Of a DNA stretch of 64,000 bases, positions 41,913 to 53,341 are shown piece by piece. The position numbers were made by a program, and so were the translations under genes. Location of the stretch: contig CM119265.1 in NCBI GenBank assembly GCA_051294375.1, positions 20,556,221 to 20,620,220 on the forward strand, written 5' to 3'. The notes under the pieces were generated by a model that saw only the letters and a program-made list of their open reading frames with translations, was not told where the DNA came from and ran no database searches. How positions within the stretch are numbered: the stretch's first letter is position 1; every line of letters starts with the position of its first letter. This stretch comes from Paraspadella gotoi (Eukaryota > Animalia > Chaetognatha).

Positions 41913-42134
41913 CCGTTACTTCTTTTCAAGTCTGACCTCAAAAAGCCCATAAAGTGTGGATGGTCGTCGTCGTCGTCGTCATTGATCGGATTTCGGGTAT
42001 TTATTAACTTCCGAGCAGGTGATACTTTTTTGTTTGAACCTCAGCCATTTATAATCATGACACTATCAAAATATCCAAAATGTTTTCTCTTACGGCCCTA
42101 AGCTTGAAATCTATAATATAAACGGCATTAAAAA

Positions 42135-45100
42135 ACGGATGCTGATTTCGCCCCGAGATAAGAGCCTCTCCCGACCCGTGAGGCGAGAAATGGGTGAAGG
42201 GGCGGAGTTGAGGGGGTGGGGGTCAGAGAGAGAGAGAGAGGGAGCGAGAGGGTGAGATGGAGTCGAGATTCTGAGTTAGAGACAGAGTGGACATCGAGTA
42301 TCGGCCTCGATCATCTTTGGCGCGAAAAATATGCGAATCACAAAATCACCGTATCACCGAGGAAATCACCGAAAGGGTCCGTCGAGGAATCACTATTCAC
42401 AAATTCACGTTGCCCTCGTGAGTCATGGACGTGAAGGGCGGTGATAGGAGAGGGGAAACGTGGGGGAGAGTAAGGGTAGGAGGAGGGGCAGTGACGACAG
42501 CGTGAAAGAAGAAAGGGTGTGAATATATTGTCAGGGTCCAAAAAATGACTTTTAAGATACGGGAAGAAGAAACATTATTAAAAATTTGACGATAAAATTA
42601 AAATCACTATGAGCTAGTTCCGATAGAGAATGAGAAAAATGAGCAGAGCTGACAGTAAATGAAAGTGAGGCTAACAGAGATAAAGATAAAGTTGGATGTG
42701 AGGGAGGAAAGTTGCGTGATTCGCGGAGGCGCGAATGAGTGAATAGGAGTGAAATCCCTCTGGGAGATACTCGGGGGGGGGTAGAAGAGGGGGACGTGTG
42801 ATAGGCGATGTGAATCCAAGTGAAAGATAATCACTCGAAAACGTCTGTTGACAAAGAAGCGATCGACCGAGAGATAAAAACCCATTCGGTGCCGGGAGGT
42901 GTGGGAGGGGGGGGAGAGAGCAGGGGAGAGGGGGGGGAGAGGGGAGGGGGTAGAAGGGAAAAGGAGGTGGGGATGGAGGAAAGGTGGAGGATGAAGGGAA
43001 AAGTGGAACCTGAATCTGACGGTGAAAAGGGATGATTAGAAAGAAAAAGGGGGGGGGTGAATTTTAATATGAATTTTAAGAGATGACAGAGATAGAGACG
43101 TAGCAAGAGTGAGATGGAGGAGAAACGCGTTTGAAACCCCTCTACCCCCCCTTCATGACCTCCTCCTTTATATCCTTTATATCCTCCGTTTGACTATTGA
43201 GTAGCGTCCCTTCATCCGTTGCTATGACGACGCATCGGACGATGACTTATCAATCGTCGTCGTCCTAATCTTCGTAATATGCGCTATAAAATTGGGGTGA
43301 CCTCATCGCCATAGAAATAATATAACTGATGACTTACACCTTTCAATTTAGTTTCGTTTTTTACTTTCTCATTTATATTATAAGTCATACAAAAGTTTTT
43401 AAATTATACATATATATATATATATTTTTTATTGCGATGATTTTCCGATTGCTCAGTACGTTTTTAAGTAAATGAATTATTAGTTATTTTCCTCTTTCGT
43501 CTCTTTCCCTCTATCCCTCTCCCCAAATGAAGAGGAACGGTTATTTTCATTCTTCGCGCTTTGAACCCCATATATTTCGNNNNNNNNNNNNNNNNNNNNN
43601 NNNNAAAAAGAGAGAGATATGACGAGATAAAAACGCTTTTCATAATGCTTCTTTTGTCTCCTCTTATTTTTTTTAGTTAGTTTTTAACCGAGTTATTTCT
43701 CAAATAGGCAATAAAGGCTATAAACTGATAGTGAATTAATAAATGAGACACGGCTGTGTTCTTTGTTAAAAGCCAGAAAATATAGTTTCCGTAAACTCAA
43801 CGCACGATGTCAGCACCAGCGCAAGGGAACCAAACAAATGTGATCATTTGTTTTCTCTCATGCATTTGATTAGCAGATTTTTAATTCGTAGGAAAATATT
43901 TTTAAAAACATAAAGTAAAATATTTAAAAATCCAATAATTTGACTATTGAATTTACATTTAAATATTCTTTTTCTCTTTAGCAGTTCGAACGTTATTTCG
44001 TCTCTGGGCTCCCTATGGATGCAAAACTAGGGAATTGTACCTTCTATTCCGAGCTATAAGGTGAGTTAAACCCGTCAGATCATCGTAATTGAATATCCTC
44101 AGCACAAAATAAAATCGCCATACGATGCCTAATTACGACAATCGTTCTTAACGGTAATGAGAAAGGCAAACAAAGAGGAGGATGAACAAAGGGTCGTAGT
44201 TTGTCGTCGTCAGTCGTCACTGTCGTCGTCAATGTCGTCGGCACGGATGCGATTTCGCCCCGAGATAAGAGCCTTCTCCGACCCGTGAGGCGAGAAATGG
44301 GTGAAGGGGCGGAGTTGAGGGGGTAGGGGGTCAGAGAGAGAGAGGCGAGCGAGAGGGTGAGATGGAGTCGAGATTCTGAGTTAGAGACAGAGTGGGACAT
44401 CGAGTATCGGCCTCGATCATCTTTGGCGCGAAAAATATGCGAATCACAAAATCACCGTATCACCGGAGGAAATCACGCGAAAGGGTCCTCGAGGGAATCA
44501 CTATTCACAAATTCACGTTGCCCTCGTGAGTCATGGACGTGAAGGGCGGTGATAGGAGGAGGGGAAACGTGGGGGAGAGTAAGGGGTAGGAGGAGGGGCA
44601 GTGACGACAGCGTGAAAGAAGAAAGGGTGTGAATATATTGTCAGGGTCCAAAAAATGACTTTTAAGATACGGGAAGGAAGAAACATTATTAAAAATTTTG
44701 ACGAATAAATTAAAATCACTATGAGCTAGTTCCGATAGAGAATGAGAAAATGAGCCAGAGCTGACAGTAAATGAAAGTGAGGCTAACAGAGAATAAAGTT
44801 GGATGTGAGGGAGGAAAGTTGCGTGATTCGCGGAGCGCGAATGAGTGAATAGGAGTGAATCCCTCTGGGAGATACTCGGGGGGGGTGTAGAAGAGGGGGG
44901 ACGTGTGATAGGCGATGTGAATCCAAGTGAAGATAATCACTCGAAAACGTCTGTTGACAAAGAAGCGATCGACCGAGAGATAAAAACCCATTCGGTGCCG
45001 GAGGGTGTGGAAGGGGGGGGAGAGGGGGGGGGAGAGGGGGGGGAGAGGGGAGGGGGTAGAAGGGAAAAAGGAGGTGGGGATGGAGGAAAGGTGGAGGATG

Positions 45101-45705
45101 AAGGGAAAAGTGGAACCTGAATGGACGGTGAAAGGGATGATTAGAAAAGAAAAAGGGGGGGGGGTGAATTTTAATATGAATTTAAGAGATGACAGAGATG
45201 AGACGTAGCAAGAGTGGAGATGGAGGAGAAACGGCGTTTGAAACCCCTCTACCCCCCCCTTCATGACCTCCTCTTTATATCCTTTATATCCTCCGTTTGA
45301 CTATTGAGTAGCGTCCCTTCATCCGTTGCTATGACGACGCATCGGACGATGACTTAATCAATCGTCGTCGTCCTAAATCTTCGTAATATGCGCTATAAAA
45401 CTTGGGTGACCTCATCGCCATAGAAATAATATAACTGATGACTTACACTTTCAATTTAGTTTCGTTTTACTTTTCATTTATATTATAAAGTCATACAAAA
45501 GTTTTTTTATATTATACATACATACATGTATACATTTTCTAAATTGCGATGATTTTCCGATTGCTCAGTACGTTTTTAAGTAAATGAATTAGTTATTTTT
45601 CCCTCTCTCGTCTCTTTCTCCCATTCTCTTTCCCTCTCTCCCTCTCCAAAATGAAGAGGAACAGTTATTTTTCATTCTTTCGCGCTTTGAACCCCATATA
45701 TTTCG
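42135..45705 (+). repeat. Further copies of the 39.1-40.7 kb segment: about 42135-43579 and about 43620-45705
   Basis: Shared GGAGTCGAGATTCTGAGTTAGAGACAGAGTGG core occurs four times (near 37773, 39833, 42259, 44364). Copies are bounded by 25-N gaps. Confidence 0.9.
43985..44060 (+). pseudogene. Frameshifted second copy of exon A (probably assembly artefact)
   Basis: Near-identical to 39456-39533 but with several single-base indels. Lies within a 1.6-kb duplicate that starts right after a 25-N gap. Confidence 0.75.
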
Positions 45706-45946
45706 TCCTCCGCTCTCGCCTCTTTCCCCGTCCCATACGTCAACCACGTCCTTTCTCCTCTTCCTCCTCCTTCGCTCCTCCCTTATGCAAATGAGGACGC
45801 GCAAGACGCGAATCGCGCGCGCGGGCGGTTTAGGAGGAGGAGGAGGAGGAGGAGGAGGAGAAAGAAGAAGAAGAAAAAGAAGAAGAAATGTGGGAGGAGT
45901 CGGTGGGACAAGATCAGATGGATGAGGCTCATAAGAATATGCAAAT

Positions 45947-46028
<82 letters not shown>

Positions 46029-46327
46029 CAAAAGCGACGATTGGCACAAATTCGGATGACCTCGGTGGAAGGGGGAGAGAGTTTTGAGAGCGAGAGGGTT
46101 AGGGAGTGTGAGGAATGTGAAGAGGGGAGCGGGGGGTAAAATTACGGGTCAGGGGAGAGGTGGAGACATCATACGCTTACATTATGTAAAAATGAAAATA
46201 AGACCTGTTTTAAGTTCCAAAGAGAAGTTCGTTAAATGGAGTGAATACAAAGTAAAATGATGGAAATATAGACAATATGATGATGATAAAAATTAATAAA
46301 TCGTTAACTTTTCTCTTTGTTCATCAG

Positions 46328-46381
46328 GGATTTGAATCATCGCTTCTGAAGGTGACCAACAAACAAGGAAAAACTGCCTCG
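46328..46381 (+). CDS. cpo: cpo-like coding exon B (RRM1)
   Basis: CATCAG acceptor, TCG|GTGAGT donor, 54 nt, phase 0-0. GFESSLLKVTNKQGKTAS matches the Cpo-type GYEGSLLKVTSKNGKTAS segment. Confidence 0.95.
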
Positions 46382-47682
46382 GTGAGTGATCGCTTTGTTT
46401 TGTTTGTAAATAAACAAAACAACGTTTATAACCAGCCCAGAACTGAACCTTAGATCTCATAATCGGAACATCAACCTAGGTTTAGAAGTAGAATTGTTTC
46501 ATGTCAAACGCAGAAAATCAATATGTTAATCGTGGTTAGTACTTGTTATAGTGAAACCGGAATATTAGGTCGTTTTTTTTATTATTAGAAAAGTCCTTTT
46601 TTTTTACCTAATCTGCCTCTCTCTTCTTCTCTCCTCGATCTCTGCTTACGAAACTGTACTTTTTCCAACTGTCGTGTTGTGGGTGATATGTCGTGTCAAT
46701 TTTGATGCTTCGTGTCAATTCGATGCGACAATTGCTGTTCATTGGCGGCAATGTCGTTTGTCTTGTCGATGCCACCATGTTGCTTTTATTCTTCTTTATC
46801 TGTGAATTTGAAACCAGACACCACAAGGCCAACCAGCAAATGGTCTTTGGATACCTCAATGGAGGGTCAGTTTAGTATTTTTTTTGTAATCATAAATCAC
46901 TAAAATTAGGAGCGAGTTTATTATTTGAAAAGGGGGTATTTTGAAAGGTTAAATACGAACTTTTACATTTGATTAGATTTACAACTTTGGGAAAGTAAAA
47001 ATGAGCGATGAAATAACACCCTAATTTTAAGACTAAAACGAAACTCGAGCAGTCCACTTTTATGAATATTTGTTTTATTTTTCATTGTAGCAATAATTTT
47101 CACTATTTTCACACTTGACGCCTTAATTAGTCGGTGCGCACCACGCACTCCATCTCTACGAAAAAAAAATAAATTACGAAACAAATTATACATTTTTTTT
47201 TCTTAAAATAAAAGGCAAAATAGTCTCGCATGATAGAGTTTATAATATTCTTTTGAATTTTTATTTAATTTAATATTGAAATACTAGTGACAATTTTTCA
47301 CCATTATACAAATACATTTCGGCATTTTTCGCACAGTAGAGATCTGAGCATTGCATTCACAGTAACAATCTTAATCATTTCGTGTCATGTCTGTGAAGAG
47401 CAAAACCAAAAAAAAAAAAAAAAAGATATTGACAAAAACAATCACATCACTGAGGATTTTAATAAGCAATGAATACATAGAAAATTGCAGGTTCGCTATT
47501 ATAGACGAATTTAAACGAAATAAAGAAAAAAAATAAGCAATTGCCATGATATTTATATCATTTTTCTTAATTTTGTTCACGAAATCTTTGGAGAAGCCCA
47601 GTTATCGATTTGACTGACTCTCTTTTGCTTTTCTTTCTTTTCATTTTGTTCCCATCGACGTTCGAAATGTTGACTCGTTCAG

Positions 47683-47745
47683 CCGGTTGGATTCGTGACT
47701 TTCAGCAGTCGAGCCACGGCGGAGTCAGCGAAACAGGATTTACAG
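47683..47745 (+). CDS. cpo: cpo-like coding exon C (RRM1, RNP1), ending at a GC donor
   Basis: TTCAG acceptor, 63 nt, PVGFVTFSSRATAESAKQDLQ. Followed by CAG|GCGAGC with no GT nearby; joins in frame to GVRFDP of the next exon. Confidence 0.93.
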
Positions 47746-47960
47746 GCGAGCGAATGATCGAATGAATAAATTAATGAATGAATTGAGCAAAATGCGTCAA
47801 CTCAAAATCCCCTTAAATCACGTTTCAAACTACTTGCTAATTTAGAAAATGTTTCTTTGCTCAATAATAAATTAAAGAGAACCTTAAAAAGCCATGGTCG
47901 TTTTTTTTTTTTGTTTTTTTTTTTAATCATTTCCTTTCCCCCAAAATCTTAATCCTACAG

Positions 47961-48105
47961 GGCGTCCGCTTCGACCCAGACATGCCGCAGACGCTTCGCC
48001 TCGAGTTCGCGAAGAGCAACACTAAGGTGGCCAAACCGAAGCAGCAATCGCCGCAACCCGCCTCCACCCATCCCACCTTCTTGCACCCGCTCGGAGTCGC
48101 AGCCA
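47961..48105 (+). CDS. cpo: cpo-like coding exon D (end of RRM1 and start of linker)
   Basis: CTACAG acceptor, CCA|GTAAGT donor, 145 nt, phase 0-1. [48 protein letters not shown]. Confidence 0.95.
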
Positions 48106-49263
48106 GTAAGTTCAAACGATTTCTCTTTTTTTTGTCTCTCTCTCTTTGTTCCTTCGACCAATCCGGATCGCTGTTCGATCGACCAATCGCGAGACAGAAT
48201 CTATTGTAGAAGAGGGGGGGGCTTGGATCCGTTTGCGTTGTAGATTCACAAATTTTTTATTTCTTTTTTTTTTCAATTTTTTTTTTCTCTATTTTAAGTT
48301 TTTTTTTATTTTTCTTCTTTCACTAACACAAGATCTCATATGTTACAGTTTTAAACCTAATTAGATATAGCGTTAAAAAACCATGGCTGAGAATTTTTTT
48401 TTATATGAGAAATAGTTATATATATATATATAAATATATATTCTGACGCGGAGAAAAAACGTGTTGTTGTTGACAATCAGGCTTGGACTGGCCGACGCCG
48501 ATTCCCTTAACACAACCCGTTACGAACCTTCATCAATGTAATGACGGTTAATTTGTTTTAGTTGAGTCTTTTACACTGAATTTTCACAGAACTTCACAGT
48601 TTTTCCCCTTTGTTTGGCGATTTAAACTCTTTATTTTTCAATTCCTCGTTTTGTTTTTTTTTTTGTCACGAAACTTTTTTTTTTTGTGATAAAATTCTAA
48701 GAAATAGGAATCAAAATAAAAAATAAAAAATAGATTGATAATAAAAAAAGGTTCCTCTTTTTTAGACGGTACAAATTTTCGTTTGAATGCTGTTTCTGTT
48801 AATTTTAGGACTTTTTTTTTATGTTAAGGCAGCATTTTTTTCTTATTTTGGCAATCTCAAGCAAAGCCTCAATTGATTGCACGACTAAAAACCGTAATTT
48901 TTTTTCAGAAATAAAAAAAAAACAACATTTTTTCATTTCCTCACCTTCACTTTCACTTAGCAAAATTTTACCCCTCTGTCACTAATATGTGATAAAGACT
49001 CTTTTTCTCTTTCTCATTTCTTCAAAAAATCTAAAAAAGCTTTAACTGTGAGAAGAGTTACTAAGCTGAACAACAGTAATTTGATTTTAGTTTTCTTAAA
49101 TCATAAATAACTTTCTCCAGCGTTTAACCTATATCAAAAAAAGCATTCGAATTACCTTAAGTATTATATTCATTTTATAATTTCACAGTTACAGTTTACC
49201 CGAGCATTGGCTGTTACAAAATTGCTTAGAATGCGCATTTTACGAAATTTTAACTGATTCTAA

Positions 49264-49311
<48 letters not shown>

Positions 49312-49320
49312 AAGGTTAAG

Positions 49321-49566
49321 TTATTTATTCATTGTAATAACTACTTGCGCCGGTCGACTCACACAAACTTTTTTTCTTTTCCCTTTTTTCGTGTTTCCTT
49401 TTTTTCGTTATATTTTTTGCATAAAAAACAAAAACCAAAACTAAAACTCACACCAAACAAAACAAAAAAAAATTCGCGAATCCATAACTGGCGAAAAAAA
49501 ACGATTCCATGAAACACTAACTCACTCGCCGACTCACTTACCCAAATCACCCACTCACCCACCAAG
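49321..49566 (+). promoter_or_regulatory. Extended 3' splice region of exon E: AG-exclusion zone, distal branch point/polypyrimidine tract, CAC cluster
   Basis: No AG from 49321 to 49564. GACTCAC at 49356-49362 is followed by a T/C tract (about 49368-49420). CACTAAC at 49515-49521. Seven CAC between 49515 and 49562. Confidence 0.55.
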
Positions 49567-50034
49567 GCCTGAACGCCGCGGCGCAGCACCAGCATCACCG
49601 TCACGTGATCGAGGCGGCGGCGGCGCAGAGCGGCGCTGCTCAATCGATCCTCGGATCGGCCGCCGCTGCCGCCGCCGCCAATCACCGCCCGCCGTTGTTC
49701 TTCGGTCAGTCGGACTCGAACGCCGCCGCCGCCGCGGCAGCGGCGGTCAGCGCCCTAATCAGAAACCACCAGCAACAACATCAGCAGCAGCAACAACAGC
49801 AGCAACAGCAAACGGGCGCCGCCGCTCACACGCCACTTTCGGGGTCGGCCATACACTCTCCCCACTCGCAAGGGATGACCGGGTCCGGGCACCCCCAGGG
49901 CAGCACCCCCGTCAGCATCGGGCACCCCCATCATCCACACCAGACTCACGCGCAGCAACAGCAACAACAGCAGCAGCCGCAGCACAGATCCCCCGTTTCG
50001 CCGTCCCCCATGAACTGTCATCAAGATGCTCATG
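49567..50034 (+). CDS. cpo: cpo-like coding exon E: 468-nt Ala/Gln/His/Ser low-complexity exon, probable cassette exon
   Basis: GC-rich island in AT-rich intron, AAG acceptor, ATG|GTAAAG donor. Phase 1-1 matches both neighbours. Open frame (S)LNAAAQHQHHRHVIEAAAAQ...QQQQ...MNCHQDAH(x). Confidence 0.8.
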
Positions 50035-51524
50035 GTAAAGAAAACCAAAAAAAAAAAGGAGTTGGTTTTTTTTTCATCGAATTTGTTTTTCGGTTTCGTA
50101 GTTCCTTTCTTCGTTGATTAATTAATTTTTATAAATTGTTGAATTATTATACCAAAACCGTGTACCCGAGTATAGGCGGGGAGGGGGTGGTGTCACTTTT
50201 TCGGTTTACCGTTCATATCATATTCGTATCGAAAACGATTTCCTTCCGTAAGTCGTGACTATTTAAGTATTTTTTAGCTCGTTTCCACTAACAATTTATA
50301 CGAGATAACGGTCATGGAACGATGAAAATCGTATTTAAAAACTCGTCTTTACTTACTACTTAGTAAATTATTTTCGTAATACTTAGTTAGTTTTTTTTCA
50401 TATTCGACATCGACTTTTATGTTCCGCGTCCATATCTCGACTCCAGAGTTTGTTTAAATATGTACCGTTTTACTCGAGGGGAAACATTACTCCCTTCCCG
50501 CCAAAACAACAACGATATTCAATAAATCACGCAATTATACTCACTTTTCAAAGAGAAAATTTGCATGCCTCTATCTCCCTCATTTTTTCTCTTTTACTTC
50601 GTGTCTTGACGTTTTTTTCTTTTTGTTTTTTCAGGTTGTGCGATTCCGTTGTTATTGTTCCATTGTTTTTTCTCTTTTCGAAACTCAACGAATCTCGAAA
50701 GGAAGAGGCAAAGTTGGTTTCGCTATCCCCCCCCAAAGAAATATCCTTAAATATAGTTCCTTTTAAATTATTGTCTTGATCCGTGTCGAATTAATTACCA
50801 TCGTCGTCGTGAACATATTTATCTATATAATGACAGAGGGGTTTTTATAATTCGCACCTCATCCATCACGAATCGCACTCGAACCTCACCTTTCGATGTT
50901 TTCCGCACTTCACTTTTTTGTCAACGATAATCATTCCTCATCCTGGCATAAATTCTTTTCGTTATGTCGTGTTCATATTCATTTCTTACCCGTATATACA
51001 CGCCGCAGAAGAAAGTAAGAAAGTAATTATCAAAGATCTTGTTGATACGAAAGGTAAATATTTTCTCAACCGATCTATTTTTTAGCAAAGCGGTCTACTT
51101 TTAATATTTTGCAAGATGCTCTTGACAAAACGTTTGATGTTTTAAGTTATTTTCAGCGGCGAATATATAAGGGTCACTGATACACCACGTAAAAACAAAA
51201 TTCACTTCACCTCTTATGAAAAAAATGAAAAACTGCACACGTAAACCAAAAACGGGAAATATGTTTTTCACGAAAATATTGAAAAAAAAAAGAATCGCCG
51301 TAAATTCTTTGAATCGAAAATCACTTATTGTTTTTTTTTTTTACTTTCTCTCTTGCCGTGTGTATCATAATTATTATCATCTTCATATTATCGTCCTGAT
51401 GTGTAAACTTAACAATTCTTCAAACAAAGAAATCAATATTTTTTTCCTTTTCCTTTTTTTCCCTATTTCCTCCCTTCCCCCTTCGTTCCCTCTTCCTTTC
51501 TCCTCCCCCCTACTCTCTCTCCAG

Positions 51525-51757
51525 ACGAACTCGGAGCGGCCGCCGCCTTCCTACAGCCCTCAGGGGGCACCCCCGATGGCCACAGCCATCCCCACTGGGC
51601 GCACGCCGCCGCGACGGGTCACCCCCACCCCGCCCTCGCCGCCGCCTACACGGAGCTGTCCCCGGCCGCGGCTGCCGCCGCCGCCGGCCTCGCCGCCGCG
51701 GGGGCTCAGCCAGCGGCGGCCGCGGCGATGCTGCATCCCGCGCTCCACGCAGCACAG
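51525..51757 (+). CDS. cpo: cpo-like coding exon F (Ala/His/Pro linker with W..AY..EL..LHPALH motif)
   Basis: Long C/T tract + CCAG acceptor, CAG|GTACCC donor, 233 nt, phase 1-0. (x)ELGAAAAFLQPSGG...HPHWAHAAA...AAAYTELSPAAAA...MLHPALHAAQ resembles the Cpo post-RRM1 HPALHPQ region. The supplied ORF track shows only other frames. Confidence 0.85.
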
Positions 51758-53285
51758 GTACCCGTCTGGGTAAACTGGCAGTGACGGTGAGCGTTGGGTG
51801 GCGCCGCGCGCGCTCTCCCTCCGCCCGGATTTTTTTCTCGTTTTTAGGTTTCACTTTTTTTTTTCCTCTGANNNNNNNNNNACTTCGAATTTGCGGCGAG
51901 GCCCTTTTTGTTTGAAAACCGAAACGAAGCGAGTGTTGCTCTCTCTCACGGCTAAAGCGAAGAACAGTTTTTAAAATATCGCGCGCGCGGGATTTCGCCA
52001 TCTTGGAAAGTCGATTCCTCTCTTTCCGAAACTTGAGAGGGAGGAAGTCTTTTTTTTTAAATTTTTTTCGAACGAGGAGACAAAGTGGGAGATCGAAAGA
52101 GATGGAGAGAGAGTCAATGTCCATTCCTCCCTCGCGCCGGCGACGCCCTTTTGTTTCTCTCTCTTATTTCGGATTGTCCAGTGCCAACCTCGTTACGATC
52201 GAGATCAGATACGTGTGTATTATCTAACAGAAACGTGTGGTTTTAGTGAATGTTTTTACGATGCATATCATTTTGGTGGCTTGTTAAATTAGTGTCCTAA
52301 CAAGTCTTCTTATTAACTTGCTCATTGAAAAAACAAAAACAAAAATATCTACAAAAAACGCTAACGTATCGGTTTCCCACATTTAGATCTTTTTCATTTT
52401 TTTTTTTTTTTTGCATAAAAACGAAACAAAACAAAAAAAGATTCTAAATCGTTTATGAAGTCAATTTTCGTAATAGATTCCGAAAAAAAATCGGCGATTT
52501 TCCCGAATTTTTCTCAATCATTCCTGACAATCTTTATCTTTGATATATTGTTCATATTGCCACGTTACTTAAAGGTATTCGATTTTCAAAAGACGCAAAA
52601 AGATATTTTATAAAGTTATCTCCCAAAAAATGTAATCGTAAATAGATTGAAAAAATGTTTTTAACTTACATGCAAATTCGTTTTTGCGTCGATTGATCAA
52701 AATGGAGCCTCTTAACTTCGGTATCTCCGTACAATTTTTTTTCAATTAGCTGTGTAGAGACACCAAAAAGACCTGATCTCTTTTTTTTTAAGTTGTAAAT
52801 CTTATATTATTAAGAATAAATATAATGAACCGATTTTTTTTTCGTTGTATAGTTTTAGACGGCACGCGTGGAAAAGTTGACGTACCTTTGCATTCGGTAC
52901 TAATCAACCAGATCCTTATTACTAGAATAAGATCCTCATAGAAATAATAATGGTTTGGGAATGCATGCCAATTCCATATTTATATTGAATACCTTAAAAA
53001 TTTCGTTACCCTGAGGCTATTTAGCAGGTGACAGGAATCTTGCGCTTTTCAACTCTTGACGGTACTGAAAGGGTTTTTCTCAACTTTGATAATTTGATTA
53101 TATTTACAGTAATACAGTATTTCCTTTTTAATTGGACATTAGGGATTTTTCTTTGATATTTACGGTACTTGGTGAATGCTCCCAAGTAATAAAACTAGTA
53201 AGCGATAATCATACTTACATTGTTAAAAAAATCGCCTGCTTATTTTGTTTCTTTTTGGGTCTTGACATTGAATATTTAATTTTTT

Positions 53286-53341
<56 letters not shown>

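Noticed and set aside
43985-44060. Mutually exclusive alternative version of exon A
   Set aside because: It differs by frame-breaking indels rather than codon-level substitutions, the flanks are equally similar, and it follows a 25-N gap.
50600-50770. Strong acceptor (T-tract CAG at 50634) as an alternative last exon
   Set aside because: The downstream frame is AT-rich and intron-like, and T-runs ending in CAG are frequent by chance here. Needs RNA evidence.
51216-52124. ORFs 51216-51773 (+) and 51510-52124 (-) as separate genes
   Set aside because: Off-frame and antisense shadows of GC-rich exon F. The same applies to antisense ORFs over exons D, E, G and I.
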